Counted from the first letter of the whole stretch, positions 11,401 to 25,252 are shown. The stretch is DNA of 63,536 bases, filler included, from Choristocarpus tenellus KU-1152 (GCA_964200185.2; 13 parts of 13 records of this genome joined end to end with filler, not necessarily neighbours in it), one strand, 5' to 3'. Notes: generated from the sequence alone by a model not told the origin. Translations and numbers: made by a program.

Positions 11401-14400
11401 ANNNNNNNNNNNNNNNNNNNNNNNNNNNNNNNNNNNNNNNNNNNNTTAATTAATTAANNNNNNNNNNNNNNNNNNNNNNNNNNNNNNNNNNNNNNNNNNN
11501 NTGGTCAAACCACTCTTTTTTTTGCTGACATTTCAAACCCGACACGTGCGACCAAATCACCCCAAAAAAAGTGAAAAACGGACGCCGACCCCCTCCCCCC
11601 CCCCAGATACTTTGACCCGAACACTGTGCACAATATGTACTAATTACTTCATGCCTCTATGCATCATTTGGCTCTAGACCCATTACAGTACTACTCTTGA
11701 CACGGTACCTTTCCGGACATGGAGGTGACCAAGAAGGTACCATGAAAGAAATTGACCATGGTGCAGTGAATTCAGCTTGTACTAACATCGGTGTGTGTAC
11801 ATACAACATGCTGACGTGCAGGTCAAACCCCATTATTTACCTTACCTCAAACTCCGATTTTTTTCTTGTCTTTATCAGTGGGCTAAGAATTTTTTTTTTT
11901 TTTTTTTAATTTCTATCCTTGAGAATCGAAATATACTTCTATGGGCAAAGGGGGGGTAGGCTTAGGGTGTGTGTGGAAGTGTGGAAGTGTAGATTCATCC
12001 TGTTGGTTGATTAGAAGATGGACATCATTTTGTTGACTGACTGTGCTGTTCCCCAATCCTGTTGGTCTTCATTCTTATCAAGGATATGATAAATGATAAT
12101 GACAATTATGATCATTACTTCGAAATGCTTCACATTTATTGTTATTTATTTATTTATTGGAGTGATTATCATTTTTGTTGTGATTGATAATGACAAGGGA
12201 TATGTATTTACCAACTACACGTATTGATTTTTGAGAAACCTATATATTGTCAGTTCTGTTCGCAGTTGTTAGTGCCATGCCCATGAAACCCTACTGGACA
12301 GCAGCCTTACCATATCATGTCCATCAAGTGTGGACCATGCGTGGAACATTCTGAGTACTGTTACTCCTACTGGGTTGTGTTACATCGGCAAACTACACAT
12401 CTACCATATCAATTCAGAGGTGTTTCATGTTCTTATAGTAATCTATAATAATAATAATATAGTAGCAGTAGTAGTAGTAGTAGTAGTAGGAAAACATGTG
12501 GACTGGTGTCAGTATTGAGGGTTAGGGTTAGACGAGTTTGAAGCGTAAGTCAACCTATCTATTTCACTACAATACATTGTTCTTATCTGGAGTAGTAGTT
12601 CTTACGTGAGTGTCGTGCGCTTACTTCATCATGCTCGAACAAAAAAAAATGTATTCTGATAGGTTGGTTGCTCCTTACCCTTCAGCACTGTCACTGCCTT
12701 AAATTGCAGTGGCATCTTTGTGTTAGTAATGGTACGTCTGTCAACCATGGATCCTTCCATTGAGATACTCTGTATGGGCGTGTGTGACAAGTTCCAATTC
12801 TCTATTTTTTCCTTGTTCATTGCCCCAGAGCTCTACTACTCTGGAGTGAGTGCGATAGCCACGGAGAGAGTATCCACACTGGCTGCTTTTGTAAAATTTT
12901 CAGGAAATGTTTTTTCTCCCCCACCGACCCCTTCTCCTTCTTTGACAAAATCTTGAGTCTACATTTTCTCCTCCAATGATGCCTTGACCGCCCCACTTTT
13001 CAACAGGATAATTGATGACATAGCAAACCCCAATGACCAAGCTAGCTGAAGACGAGCAACAGGAGAAGTCCGCGACGAGGATCTTGTCATGGAGGCAACA
13101 AGCACGCCTCCTGCTTGAACTGAAACCCAACTTCCTTCCCGATCCCAACTATTTGTATGCTGGAGTTGAGAATTGGATGTGGTGTGTTGCTGCCATGTAG
13201 AGGCGTTTCCTTCTCTAAACTGTGGCTTTCCCAAACTTGGGCAAGAGGTACGTATGGAAGTGGAAGGTTGTTGCCTCAAGCGTTCTTGCATGGTGTTTAC
13301 CCTATTGTCCCCCCCTGCCCCCCTGCATTTTGGAGTCTGTTTGGGACTGGGAAGGCGAGGACATGGTCTGAGTGGTTGTGTCTTCCGGACTTCACCACTG
13401 TTGAGCATGACTTGAAGGTTGTTTGCATGGCGTGTGCATGTGTGTGTGTGAATGTTTATGTTTTTATGTTCGTGCTTGACACAAGTACTTGTGGGTTTTG
13501 TTGCTGATCTTACATGCTTGCACCAGTGGCTGTCTGTTTCTAGGATACTGCAAACAAATGTCAGTGATGAGACGGAGAGGGGCTTGGGGGGGGGAGGGGA
13601 TTGTCGTAAATTGTACGAATGTTGAATTGCGTCCAAAGTGCACAGAAAAGAGTACCAAGAAATCGGGATTTTTTGTTAAGAGTCAGAAATGTGTTGTGGG
13701 TGAGTGTGATGTAGAGGAAGCATTATTCTCAGCTGTTTTATTTTTAGGGGATTCGGTGTTAGAGTGCTGGGACTTGAGACACAGGAACATAATGTTTGGG
13801 TGTGACATCTCTAGGCATGTTGGTTAGTCAAGTAAGGGCGGAATGTAGAAGGCTTTGCCCTGGACTCCTTGGAAGAGATAAACATTTTTTGCATATACAA
13901 TCAATCCATCTGTTGATCTTGGGCAGATTTGGTGATTACAGAGACGCTCCACTTCTTTCTTAAGCAAGTGAGGAAGGTAATATGTAAGTGTGCCTGTATT
14001 GCACCGCGAGGTTGTGTAAGCCTGACTCTTGCGAAGAAGTTTCATATTACAAGCAAATCTTTCCTGCTAGTATACAGATGAGCAAGACATCTCATCCTAC
14101 ATTGTCAGGACACCTGCAACTATAGTCACATCAAGCCATACTTGCTGCAGTGAAGGGAAGGATAAATATGTGTATTGAGAGGGAAGCAGTTGATTTGGGG
14201 GCATGAACTAAAGTACATTGAAATCTTTGGAGAGCCCTCCTGTCCACCACTTGAGAGTAATCGAGCAATAAAATTGAATCTCTCTAGATTCACGCCGGGA
14301 GCATATATCTTCGCCATCCTCGGAAGATGTGCGTTTCTTCTAAATTCCAACAACAAAACAGTGGATAGATCTCTACAACCAAACAGGGGTTCGGTCATTG

Positions 14401-16829
14401 CGAAATGCTTGAAAATATCATGAAACGCTGTTGTTGTTGGCTACAGCAGCACCTAACAGGCTATCTACCAATGATCTATTAAGTGTATGGACTGGTACAC
14501 AGCACCAATTTTCCGTGGCGTGGGAGGCTGAAGGATTTATCATTTGTTACCTTCAAGCAGTCAACTAAGCAAATACGTACACTCTCGAGCGTTTCGTTTT
14601 TTGTGGTTCATCGCAGCACCATGCACTTATTAGGGTGATCAAGGCCTAGGTAGGGAAGCATGCATTTGGGCCTATCGACAACTAGTGGAAGTGACCCTGA
14701 GTATAAGNNNNNNNNNNNNNNNNNNNNNNNNNNNNNNNNNNNNNNNNNNNNTTAATTAATTAANNNNNNNNNNNNNNNNNNNNNNNNNNNNNNNNNNNNN
14801 NNNNNNNGGCTCACCAAAGCTGCAGCTATGTTTGCCCAAGCCACCAACACCACCACCATCACTGTGTGCTAAGTGCTGTTTTCTTTGTTGGCTAGTTCTC
14901 TTACATCCTTTGTTCAGTTTAATAATTATCTTCCCCTTGTAAATTTTTGGGGGATGGTGCTTTTCAAATGAGGGTTATATTCTTCCATTTATTTTATTTT
15001 ATTTTAGTTGTCCTTGTTGCCATTTCTTAACCAGTGTGTATATTTCTTCGGGTCTTGCACTTGGTGTGGATACTTGTGTAACGAACTTACACAGGTCCAC
15101 CACACATATGTCAAGACGTTGAGTTATTGTTACACTTGTAGCTAAATGGTCACGGAGGATGTCCCCTGCATGAAACTTGTGGGTCTGAACCACATTGACC
15201 CCTGACTTTGTTTCACAGAAACCTAGTTTTGATTGTCCAATTCCGTGTGAACAACAAAAAAGGGTTCCAAAGACTGGAAGTACTAGTATAAACCCATCGA
15301 CATCCCAGCCCCCACCCCTCCTAAGCCAACCTTAAGGCGAAGACTTCCATGGAAATTTCGGGAAAAAAAATCTAGCTGAATATTAACGAAATAATCCAGA
15401 GTACATATCTGCTTACCTGTGCTTGTTCACCGTATATATTCTCTCTGTAGCACATGATTAACCCATTTTTTGAAAGAAAAAAATTATGTTAGTAAAATTT
15501 TAACCATGTGCATTAAATTCATGGTATATGTACCACTTCTTGCTTTCATGACTCAACTTTATTGCCTTGTCTGGGTGCTTTACTCCTCTCCACCATTCAT
15601 TCTAGGACGTCACGGTTGACTTACTAGTTTTACTCTACTGCGAAGTATATTTATCCTGTCTAACGGGTAGAGCACTACGCCAACACTGGTTGGGTCGCCT
15701 GCAGACCTCAACCTCTTCTGTTTGCCTGCAAGAGTAGGTGTCGCATCCTTCTGTTATGTGCCGTCCCTCATGTCCCACCCTGTCCTATTACCAGTGCTTT
15801 CTCTTACGGATGAGACCTCTTTTACGCAGTGTGAAAGGAAGAGCGACTTCTTCCGTCAACACTATCGGGCTCAACGTGAACCATCCGCACATGGACAGGC
15901 AGGCAAAAATATAAGCTCATACACACACCAAGGTCATCGCAGTTCCAAAGTGCCAGGGAAAATGTCGTCAATATGTTCATCTCATTTTCTATTTCATACC
16001 AAACCAAACATTTATGTCCTGTGGACGAAATTCAATCCTTGAAACAGGATGTGCCTGTGGATGAAAATGGGCGCCGAAATAACATTTTGGCAGAGACCAA
16101 ACATGCGTAAATTCTCCTGATAGGGGTGGTCCATGGCCGTTCATTGTTTCAACATGGTCGATCCGCCAGAACCATTACCCCTAACATAATCAGTATATAG
16201 ACGTCAAATGTTTAAACTTGTCCAGCCCACGAGTCGATCCATTACCATGATCTGGACCCCCCCGCCCATGCTAAGTGCCCGGACAGATGAAAAAGGCCCT
16301 GCATGTCTTGGTAAAAAATGCGAAATTCTCAAATATCTACCTCAAGTTGTCATTTCTTTTCCTTTTTAGTTTAAGCTTAACCCCAACCCTGGAACATTAG
16401 TGAAGTGTGTGGGGGAGTACAGAAACAGAAACAATGGAAAATATTCCCTCAAAGATGAGGTAAATTTGATATTTTGGTCTTCAACAAAACCTAATAGTGA
16501 GATGATATCCCCTTTACGGTTTGAGTTTTCTCAAGGACAATTTTTTTTTTTTCACATTATGTACTCCCAAAATTTTTGTGAAAATTCCAGGTAAGGCGTG
16601 ACATAGTATTGCCACTTTCCGACTCTTTTTTGTGAGCCTATTGGAATGTTGTTGTGGCGAAAAATGGAGGTTAATCTGAGATTTTCATATTTTGAGGCAG
16701 AAATCTTGATTTAGGAATTTCTGGTGATTTCAAAAATATTTTTCCTTCTTCTCGATTGTTCCGTGTCCCTCCCAACATCCCCAACAGTCTCCAGATGGTT
16801 TTCACTTTAAAAAAATAAGAAATGCGCAG

Positions 16830-17490
16830 AACCTTCTTCCTGATGCATGGCCTCCCTCCTGCGCTGACCTCGCACCTGACACACAATAATACCCTACCTT
16901 GCTATTCTTCAGCTGCTTATGGACATGAGACACACTTGGGCAGACTGGTGACCCGGTGAAGAACATAAGTAGTGATGGTTCTCCAATCTTGAGTACATGT
17001 AGTGCAAGGTTGTAGTCAGCTGGTCCTTAGCCACAGACACACTACGTGTCTTGCATTGCCTGCATCAACTCATCTAGGATTTGCAAAGAGAAAATTCCTT
17101 TCACACAGTACCATGCAAAGATACAATTCAAGCCTGGAATAGCATCCTTCGAGATTATGAGCACAACATTTTTATTCAGACCTACACGCTGGGCCATGCA
17201 CAACCAGTTCTTGTTTGCATTAAAGTATTGCAGGCGAAGTTACCTCTAGTTGGCATATAATGAAGATCTGATCGGCTCACCATGTGGCCGTGGGCTTACT
17301 GACTGCGAGAGAAGTCCCACTTTCCTTGGATATTTTGTGGATCAGGTTGCACAATTCAAGGATATGAGTGACTTTATACCTGAATGAGTGGTTGGAGTAC
17401 GCTTGCAGACCTTCTCCCATATAGTTTGTAGCCACGCCAGCACATCTGGGCTGAGAGCAACGCTATCCAGCAATGCGTATAGTGCTGCTT
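16830..17490 (-). mobile_element. Probable non-LTR (LINE) retrotransposon C-terminal fragment, degenerate
   Basis: Minus-strand LYALLDSVALSPDVLAWLQTIWEKVCKR...ISKESG followed by a Cys-rich CVSC...C segment. Multiple stops. Confidence 0.35.
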
Positions 17491-17502
17491 TCCCACGGTT
17501 TA

Positions 17503-17763
17503 GACTCAAAGCATTTAAGAGGGTATGAATTTTGCCCTGTTTGTCCGTTTGGGGCTTGGCTTCACACGTTTTTTTTATGCCCTTTTTCGGTTTTCTGTGT
17601 GAGCACAGTTACATTAAAATGTATATTATTATGAAAGATGTGTCCGGAACAAGAATATTGATACTTTGCTAACAAATACGATAGCCAAAATTACATCAAA
17701 ATCGTAAAATTGGATTGTGGACCTCAAATGGACGCAGCCCTACCCTCTCAAATGCTTTGACTC
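17503..17763. mobile_element. MITE family A copy
   Basis: TIRs GACTCAAAGCATTTAAGAGGGTA / TACCCTCTCAAATGCTTTGACTC. Confidence 0.85.
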
Positions 17764-17783
17764 TTATGACAATCGACCCAGGT

Positions 17784-18452
17784 GTTGTTGAACTATCCCA
17801 CACTGAACCCGCGGCTTTAATGGTGATTTAAAGAAGGACAAAGAACAGCTTGATATGGATGAACAAAGTTGGTATTACATGGGCCTTTGTGGTCTCGATT
17901 CCGCTGACTGAGAACGTGGGTAAGACCAGTATTGATTGCCATGAGGGGTTTGCAACGTCCACGTGGATAATCATAAAATAATATTATAATCAGAAAAGAA
18001 TACTGCAATCAGAAAATAATATAATCACTGCATCATATATGATATGTGCAGACTTCAACGAAGATACACCGAAACATTTATCTGTCACTACTTTTCCCTC
18101 ATTACTCCATTACTCCACTGGTGGTGTTTATCTTTCCTAATCTACTCCACCAATGGTGTCTTTACAGTCAAAGTATCTTAGAGGGTAGAGCTGCGTCCAT
18201 TTTGGGACCAAAGTTAGATGTTGCGTTTTTGATGTAATTTTGTCCATCGTGTTTGTTAGGAGGTGTCAATATCCTTGTTCAGGACACACCTTTTCGTAAC
18301 GTATACATTTTACCTACTCCGAAACATTTCAGAGTAGGTAAAATGCCATCAAAAGCTGTAGGAAGCCAAGCTCCAAACGGACAAACAGGGCAGAACTCGT
18401 ACCCTCTAAGATACTTCCACTCTTTAGTGTATCAGCAGCACTATATACGAAC
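17784..18452. repeat. Interspersed repeat of unknown class, also present at 23395-23785; this copy carries a MITE insertion
   Basis: About 400 bp of closely matching sequence (TGTTGAACTATCCCACACTG...GTGTATCAGCAGCACTAT) on two different contigs. Confidence 0.85.
18165..18422. mobile_element. MITE family A copy with TSD TTTA; empty site visible at 23752-23755
   Basis: TTTA at 18161-18164 and 18423-18426. The paralogous repeat copy reads GTGTC-TATA-GTGTATC with no insert. Confidence 0.92.
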
Positions 18453-19070
18453 AGGCGTGTCTATTGTTTGTGCATGAAAGATTATGCTTTTCAAAAGACT
18501 TTTCTCAGTCTGTACCTAGAAAATCTGTGTGATGATCTTAGTTACCGGTTTGGTTTTGGGGTACACAGATCGGTCGGGTCGTTGGATTCGTGTCTAATTT
18601 TCTCGAGAACTCTCATGGATGTAAGGTCATGGGTAAAACTCTTAGCGCTATATTAGTATTTATACCTAGAGGCTCAAAGTATTTAAGGGGGGTGTGGCGG
18701 CTGTCCATTTGGGGTCAAATTTTTCATCTCACGATTTTGGGGTGATTTGGTTGCATACGTCGGATGGATAATGCAAATGCCCTTTTCCTGATTTTGGCGA
18801 AATAGACACCCTAGTGTAGAGCCCCCCCCCCCCCCCCCCCCCCCTACACCCGAAAACAAAAACAAAAATTATGAAATACACCCACTAAACGTNNNNNNNN
18901 NNNNNNNNNNNNNNNNNNNNNNNNNNNNNNNNNNNNTTAATTAATTAANNNNNNNNNNNNNNNNNNNNNNNNNNNNNNNNNNNNNNNNNNNNCCGTCTTG
19001 CCCGGTGATTCTCTTCGCCACCCTTGCCTGAGTGAACCACGCAGCCACAGAATCACACGATTCACAGTAT

Positions 19071-19329
19071 GAGTTAGAGTAAAGAAGTACCAGTTTTTGG
19101 TCGCTTTGCATTATAGCCTAGTTTTCCAATTTTTTGTAAAACTCACCCATGTTTCTATGGATGAAGTGTTAAGTTTGACTGGAGAGAGAAGGTTAATTTC
19201 CTATTGTTTGAAACTTTTGGACAAAATTTGGAAAATATCCTACACGCATTTGTGAAAAAACACAAACATTGGTCATATTTCCCAGCATTATTGAAATGCA
19301 AATATGAGTACCTCCCACTTACTTTGACT
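19071..19329. mobile_element. MITE family B (TIR about GAGYYAAAGTAAACGAGAGGTA); other copies at about 24900-25206 and 26871-27144
   Basis: Shared internal sequence (TTTCTATGGATGAAGYGYTAAG...) among three copies, with inverted AAAGTAAA...GGTA termini. Confidence 0.7.
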
Positions 19330-19735
19330 ATGGGATTTATTACTCCATTTTGTCGGTGTTGATGGCGTGGTTGGCAGAGTCCCTGAATAATCTAGGATGA
19401 GTCTATACGCGTCGCGAGCAAAAAATAACTGATAAGGAGACCTGGTGAAGGGAAATGTTGGGGAGACACTTACATTTGGTTGCCGAATCCTACAGGAAGA
19501 GGAGATGACTGGTGATCTTTTTTTTTTTGTCGTCAATTATATCATCAGACACTTCAAATCGCCTCTCGCTCTTGGTAAGTGGTAAAGCGACACCATCCCT
19601 ACACAACACCCCACACTATCGTGGTTCCCACAGAAATATTTGGGATATTGCTCATTTTGATTGCCGTAGAAGAGGGTACTTGCTGTTGTGAGACGAATCT
19701 GTTTTTAATTAATTGTGAAAAAATAAAAGATACTA

Positions 19736-21428
19736 CTACGTCCGTGCCATAAGTCTATGCCGCGCTGTCCATACCTTTTCAAGATGATGAAATTAATTTC
19801 CAAAAGAAGATTTGGAATCCTTGACTAATTTCTGGTTAGGGCTAGCTCTTTTTATTGTTATTACTCCCCATCCATCACAATTTGATCAGCCACAGAAAAA
19901 GTCTCCATGTCTACCTTCGGCGTATTTTCAAGCTCACCAGACAACTGCCTCTTCCTTACCCCTGTGTGCTCCACGCTGAAGTCGTTCCCCCCTTTGTATC
20001 TAAGTACTTGATTGTACACCACAAAAAGGAGCTGCCGAGCCCTCTCAAGTGTGGTTTCATCATACTCCTCATACTGTTTCTTGATGACCTTCACCATCTC
20101 CTCAACGGATCCAAACTGCTCCTCCATCACCCAGCATTTCAAAGACCAGAAGAAGCACAGGTCCATGATATTGAGGTCGGGGGAGTTAGATGGCTGCGTC
20201 ACAAGTCTAATCGACCACCTCTCAGTCTTCCTTGCCCCTGACAAGATTTCTGAGTCGCCCTTGCCTGTGTGAGGGGTGTCACCGTCTTACTGAATGGCAG
20301 CGTGCTTCCCCTACAACCAAGGCATCTTGGTCTTGATTGTAGGCAGTAACTCATCCGTGTACCACTTCCTGTACAACAAATTATCTGAAGTACAGTCCTG
20401 CTCATACACATCCCCCCTTTATGGTTCTTGCTTGTCCTGTATGCCGTTTTTGGCGCGCCAAACACACACACACCAAACACCAAGCTTCCATCAAAGCTAT
20501 GAGCCGAATCTGGGCGGGCGTTGGCTGCAATGATCATGGTTTTGGGGATATAACTCTTGTGCTGCACAATAGGGGACTCTGGAAAGTCGCTACCATCCTC
20601 ACGTGGAAATACTCTAACCCTTTCACCATCAGCCATCACGTAAGACCAGTTTTCAGCCACATAGATCGTGTTCGCCATGGAGGCGTACACACCACGTTTC
20701 CGGTCCACTTGATCGCAAACAACGTCCATTCTCCATACCTTTTGCCACGATTTAAGCTTGGGATTAATCCAGTGCCGATTCACCATGGCCCCCATATCAT
20801 CCAACCACCTGTTTATGGTGCCCGTGCTATAATTTAGCCCCTTGGCGGTCATCTTCATTGTCATCTAATGCATTGGGGATGACTGATTATCGGAGTTGAT
20901 ACTATGTATTGCGACCATCTTGGTCGTTGTGAGCTCCGAAGGCCGCCCACTACGTGCCGCCCCCCTAGGTCAAGTGTGTGGCCACGGGTGAGCTGATCGG
21001 CAGTGTCTTCCCAGAGCCCTTGCATGTAATGCTCGGACACTCCAAACTCTGCTGTGAGGGCCAGCCCAACGTGCGCATCAGTTAATGCTCACCAGGGACC
21101 ATCGCAAGGGCATGCTGCATTGCAAGTGCAACCCTGGTATTCAAGGGCACTTGGGCAACCTTCCAAGTGGAGGGGTCGACGGAGGGTTGCCATGCTGATG
21201 TTCTGACCCTTGACGTGCCCAGTTCTGGCCTCCAAATCACCTCAAAGATCCCTACTTCGACGGCTTAAAGCACCTCAAATTTGTACCTGATGATCGTCGA
21301 CCCCTACCTTTTCTGAAAGCTGAGATAGTCAACCCGATTTTATTCTGTGGGGTTATTGTCCGATTCGGTGCCGTTCTCGCTCGGCGAGTCCAGATTTTTC
21401 GTGGCACGAACTTATGGCACAAATATAG
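19736..21428 (-). mobile_element. Near full-length mariner-like transposon (plant-mariner-like motif, DD40D spacing) with pseudogenised transposase
   Basis: TIRs CTACGTCCGTGCCATAAGT / ACTTATGGCACAAATATAG flanked by TA. Transposase fragments in ORFs 20199-20864 and 19861-20244 with Q*DGDTPH...QPSNSPDLNIMDLCFF. Confidence 0.9.
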
Positions 21429-22187
21429 TATAATGAGATTGAAAGGAATCCTCCCTCTTCGGAGACGTGATTCTTTCCCCGTACATGCCGACCCTTTATC
21501 CAGATTAACATGCCCCCTCAGAGGCAGGAAAACGTGAGCCCATCCGTGAGGCTATGGAGGATCAAGTCCATTGACTACTGCAACAACAAGCAATCGACTT
21601 CAACCTTCATACACCCTGTGTAGGGAAAAGACAATTTGTACTGACTATGACCACAAGGAAATGGGCGGCTTGGAAGCAAATGAGAATATCAACCACGGCA
21701 CATTCATGGAGGATTAATGCAGCAATGATGAAGGTGATGGCGAGGCTGTTGGGAGAGTCGGGAAATCACATGTCCTGGGAGCGAGGAGGAGACACATGGT
21801 CATAAGGTACAGAAGAAAGGGAAAGTAAAGGGATGTCGTTAAGTGCCAGACTAATATATATGCGTTCCTCCTTGAGGATATCTGACTCTCTTCTTAGTTG
21901 GTCGCATCATTGGCATGGCACCACCATCGACCATTTCTGAAGCACGAGTACAGGAGTCGGAGATGGCTTGACTAATTCCTCACGACCAGAAGATGCACTT
22001 CAAACCCGTGCAATATACATTCGAACAGTATGTCAATGAGGCGTTTCTTCCAGACTACGTGGTGCTCGCAACCCAGCAGAGGACAAGGAAGGGTGGGGAA
22101 GGAAATGTCAATACGGTTTTCTTTATTTTCTTCCTCAAGTGCCTCATCAGGAAACACCACTTAGTGTGTTGCAGTTGGATATTTTTT

Positions 22188-22700
22188 GAGTGAAAGAGTG
22201 AAAGTATCTTAGAGGGTACGAGTTTTGCCCTGTTTGTCCATTTGGGGCTTGGCTTCCCAATGGACTTTTTATAACATTTTCCTTCTCCGAATTGTTTCAG
22301 AGTAGGTAAAAATGTACATGTTAAAAAAAAGGTGTGTCCAGATTGACACTTCCTAACACATACAATAGCCAAGATAACATCAAAACTGCAACATTGGACT
22401 TTGGCCTCCAAATGGACACGGCTCTACCCTCTAAGATACTTCAGCTCGAAAGTACCTTAGAGGGTACGAGTTTGCCCTGTTTGTCTGTTTGGGGCTTGGC
22501 TTCTCATGTTTTTTGTTATTACGTTTTCCTAGTTCAAATGTTTTCGGAGCAGGAAAAATGTATACGTTATAAAAAGGTATGTCCGGAACAAGGATAATGA
22601 CGCCTTTTCATTAATATAATAACCAAATTACATCAAAATCACAGCATTGGAGTTTGGTCCCCAAATGGACGCGACTCTACTCTGTAGGATACTTTAGCTC
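22188..22700. mobile_element. Nested MITE family A pair: inner copy 22196-22447 inserted in the left TIR of the outer copy, TSD GAAA
   Basis: GAGT-GAAA-[GAGTGAAAG...CAGCTC]-GAAA-GTACCTTAGAGGG. Removing the insert restores GAGTGAAAGTACCTTAGAGGGTAC. Confidence 0.9.
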
Positions 22701-23065
22701 TTTAAGACCATGTTACGGTAGACGATAGGTCATTTTTTTGTCTCTCTGAACATGCTTGATTTTGTGGGGAATTTCGTGAACGTTAGATGGTTGAAGTCTC
22801 GAATACAACTGAAAAAATATGCGTGATAGCTCACAGAGAGGGAAATTGGTGTGGCATAGTGTGGATGAAGGGTAGTCTAGATCGGCATAAATAAGAGGGG
22901 GAAAAGATTTTTCTCTTAACACAATGTTGATCAGTGTTAGTTTGGAATTGGGTGATGTATTGCATCAGGAATTTACTTGCATAGGGGAGGTTGACGGGGG
23001 CATGGGATTACCAACCTAACCTGCTCAAGCCACTATAAGCATGAAATGCAGTTTATCCTTGCCAT

Positions 23066-23327
23066 GAGTTAAAGTATCTTGGAGGGTAGAGCTGTGTCCA
23101 TTTGGGGGCCAAAATCCAATGTTGCAATTTTGATGTAATTTTGGCTATCGTGTTTGTTAGGGAATGACAATTTCCTTGTTTCGGGACACACCTTTTCATA
23201 ACGTATGCATTTTTACCTACTCCTAAACATTTTGGAGTAGGAAAATGTCATTAAAAAAAAACATGGGAAGATAAGCCCCAAATCGACAAACAGGGAAAAT
23301 ATCGTACCCTCTAAGATACTTTCACTC
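23066..23327. mobile_element. MITE family A copy
   Basis: TIRs GAGTTAAAGTATCTTGGAGGGTA / TACCCTCTAAGATACTTTCACTC. Confidence 0.88.
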
Positions 23328-24790
23328 ACACAATGCCACTATCAGTCTTGTTGCTTCGCACAACGTCCCAGGAATATTCGGTCCACTACGTAGCATGTTG
23401 AACTATCCCACACTGGACCCGCGGCTTTTATGGTGCTTTAAAGAAGGATAAAGAACAGCTTGATATGAATGAACAAAGTTAGTATTACAAGGGCCTTTGT
23501 GGTCTCGATTCCGCTGACTGAGAACATGGGTAAGACCAGTGTTGATTGCCATGAGGGGTTTGCAACGTCCACATGGATAATCGGAAAAGAATACTGCAAT
23601 CAGACAAGAATATAATCACTGCATCATATATGATATGTGCAGACTTCAACTAAGATACACCGAAACATTTATCTGTCACTACTTTTCCCTCATTACTCCA
23701 TTACTCCACTGGTGGTGTTTATCTTTCCTAATTTACTCCACCGATGGTGTCTATAGTGTATCAGCAGCACTATCTACGAACAGGATGATCTCATTATTTG
23801 TTTTGCCACTAGGGACCATCATACAACTCTGCTTGAAAGCTTCCCAAGTGGTTGTATACGTCGAATGGATAGTGTAAGTGCACTTTTCCTGGTTATGGGC
23901 TCAAAGTATCTGGGGGNNNNNNNNNNNNNNNNNNNNNNNNNNNNNNNNNNNNNNNNNNNNTTAATTAATTAANNNNNNNNNNNNNNNNNNNNNNNNNNNN
24001 NNNNNNNNNNNNNNNNTTCTTGACTCTTTATTTATTATTTGGTCATTATGATCCCCGATTGTGATAAGACATCGTAGACCAGTTCCTTTTTATTCGATGA
24101 TATTGATGATAATCCAAGCGAGAGATCCAGCATACTTGGCGACTTGTGCATCAGGAGTCCTATACGTGCATCAGTATCATCTATAGACCTGTAAATGGGA
24201 GCTATACATCCTGTGGAGGTAAGCTTCTGGAGCACGCTGTAACGCTTCCGCCATTAAATCTGAAAACGGTTCTCTGTTGTGCAGAATGTGTTGTGTCGTC
24301 TCCTTCTTCGAACTATATATTCCAGTCAGAGCGATGTATCATACATAAACAGGGTTAGTGTGGTTCTCAAAGTACGAGTAGTGTACTAAGTGTGTCCCTC
24401 TAAGTACAGTTGAAGTACTCTCCCACTTCAGAACTGCCGTCATCGCCACAGTGAAACAGATGGAAAGAGGTAGACAGGTTCTTCAGACTGAAGGGGAGCG
24501 GGAAGACCCTCAAGAGGAAGGGAATGGAGAGAGGCAAGGCAGGGAGGTGAATAATCCCTCAGAATGTCACTCAGAAGGTAGTGAACTGGTAAAAGATTGA
24601 ATGAGGGGGGTTTGTAAGGTCCACTCAAACGACCCGATATTTACTTCAAGCAACAAATGCTGATGTCACATGAGGCAACAGACCTTGAGGAATATCTTTC
24701 AAGGAAGGGTACGTTAAAGGTATGCCTTGGTCGGAAGGTGACTGACTGGTCAAACATTAAATATTTTACCAGACACGGTTAGTTATATGT

Positions 24791-24864
24791 GGTCCCGTAG
24801 CTCAGCTGGTTAGAGCGTTCGACTGTTAATCGAGAGGTCGTGAGTTCAATCCTCACCGGGACCG
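24791..24864 (+). tRNA. tRNA-Asn (anticodon GTT)
   Basis: GGTCCCG/CGGGACC acceptor stem, D arm GCTC-AGCTGGTTA-GAGC, anticodon arm TTCGA-CTGTTAA-TCGAG, T arm GTGAG-TTCAATC-CTCAC. Confidence 0.95.
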
Positions 24865-25206
24865 CTTCATTATCTTTATCAATATTTTAGGACTCTGAAC
24901 AAAATATTAAAATTGAGGTATCGTACATTTTTCTATTGAGCCCAACAATGTAAACGATAGGTACCAAATCAAGGCAAGGTCTTGGTCGTTTTGCATTTTC
25001 AGGCATTTTTCAATATTTTGCTATTCACTCATATTTCTATGGATGAAGCGCTAAGATTGATTTGAGAGAGTGAATTTCTCTGTTCGAAACTTTTCGAAAG
25101 GATTCAGAAAAGCTTCTATACTCCATTCAAAACAAACCCGAAATTTCCACAAATTCGTCAGCATCCTTGAAATTAAACTCTGCATACCTCTCGTTTACTT
25201 CAACTC

Positions 25207-25252
25207 CGAGTATGTGTAAGTCGAATGCTCTAACCAGCCAGGCTACGGAACC
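25207..25252 (-). pseudogene. Truncated tRNA-like 5' half (tRNA pseudogene or SINE head)
   Basis: Reverse complement GGTTCCGTAGCCTGGCTGGTTAGAGCATTCGACTTACAC resembles the tRNA at 24791. The 3' half is replaced by a MITE B terminus. Confidence 0.55.

Noticed and set aside
12959-13636. 225-aa minus-strand ORF
   Set aside because: No recognisable domain; it includes (CA)n-derived HTHT runs and has no convincing splice structure.
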